Shown here: positions 63,984 through 64,000 of the stretch, in pieces
Position numbering within the stretch: the stretch's first letter is position 1
Layout of the letters: every line of letters begins with the position of its first letter
Virus record (IMG/VR): IMGVR_UViG_3300036884_000676
Direction: 5' to 3' (one strand)
Source: a virus
Lineage: Duplodnaviria > Heunggongvirae > Uroviricota > Caudoviricetes
Length of the DNA: 64,000 nt
Made by a program: the position numbers and the translations under genes
The notes under the pieces: generated by a model
Told to the model about the DNA's origin: nothing
Database searches by the model: none
What the model saw: only the letters and a program-made list of their open reading frames with translations

Positions 63984-64000
63984 TATATACATTCATGATA

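Noticed and set aside
64-63996. Numerous 60-130-aa opposite-strand or alternate-frame ORFs in the track (e.g. 64, 4851, 9525, 9547, 13727, 14926, 52066, 53533, 59645)
   Set aside because: Fully nested in well-supported genes, with composition typical of shadow frames in AT-rich DNA.
1-64000. Stop-codon recoding (Lak-type TAG to Gln), suggested by five tRNA-Gln genes
   Set aside because: No CUA, UUA or UCA suppressor anticodon was found, long genes are intact in code 11, and TAG ends genes (19901, 20608).

Overview
A 64-kb, very AT-rich, gene-dense segment of a jumbo phage read in the standard genetic code. The host is most likely Bacteroidota: there are TAnnTTTG promoters, a Bacteroidota-type ClpP, a TonB-dependent receptor and CxAYG micro-lipoproteins. 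Contents, in order: the end of an SbcC/gp46-like ATPase; a MoxR-AAA/VWA-metallopeptidase operon with a tandem paralog array; a dispersed NAD+ salvage set (pncB, nadE, pncA, pnuC, nadR); split CoaC(-M23)/CoaB; ClpP; bL12; two tRNA operons; a ~1-kb structured-RNA island; and a block of probable capsid-packaged proteins with T4-CTS-like N-termini and ADP-ribosyltransferase-like domains. The strongest novel signal is a candidate tRNA-depletion-sensing system. Each tRNA operon sits behind a leader-peptide attenuator whose codons mirror that operon's tRNAs: MIMTQNIQNMIINQI precedes Asn/Ile/Met/Gln tRNAs, and ...LYYLYLYLY... precedes Leu/Tyr tRNAs. The operons mix canonical tRNAs with re-engineered ones (D-armless, variable-arm-less, expanded arms). 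The Leu/Tyr operon leads into a 419-aa minimal leucyl-tRNA synthetase lacking the CP1 and C-terminal domains. A ~218-nt RNase P RNA with almost no specificity domain and an SRP-like RNA are also present. All calls come from manual motif reading and base-pairing; no database search or folding program was run. Two apparent single-base frameshifts suggest that assembly indels are possible.
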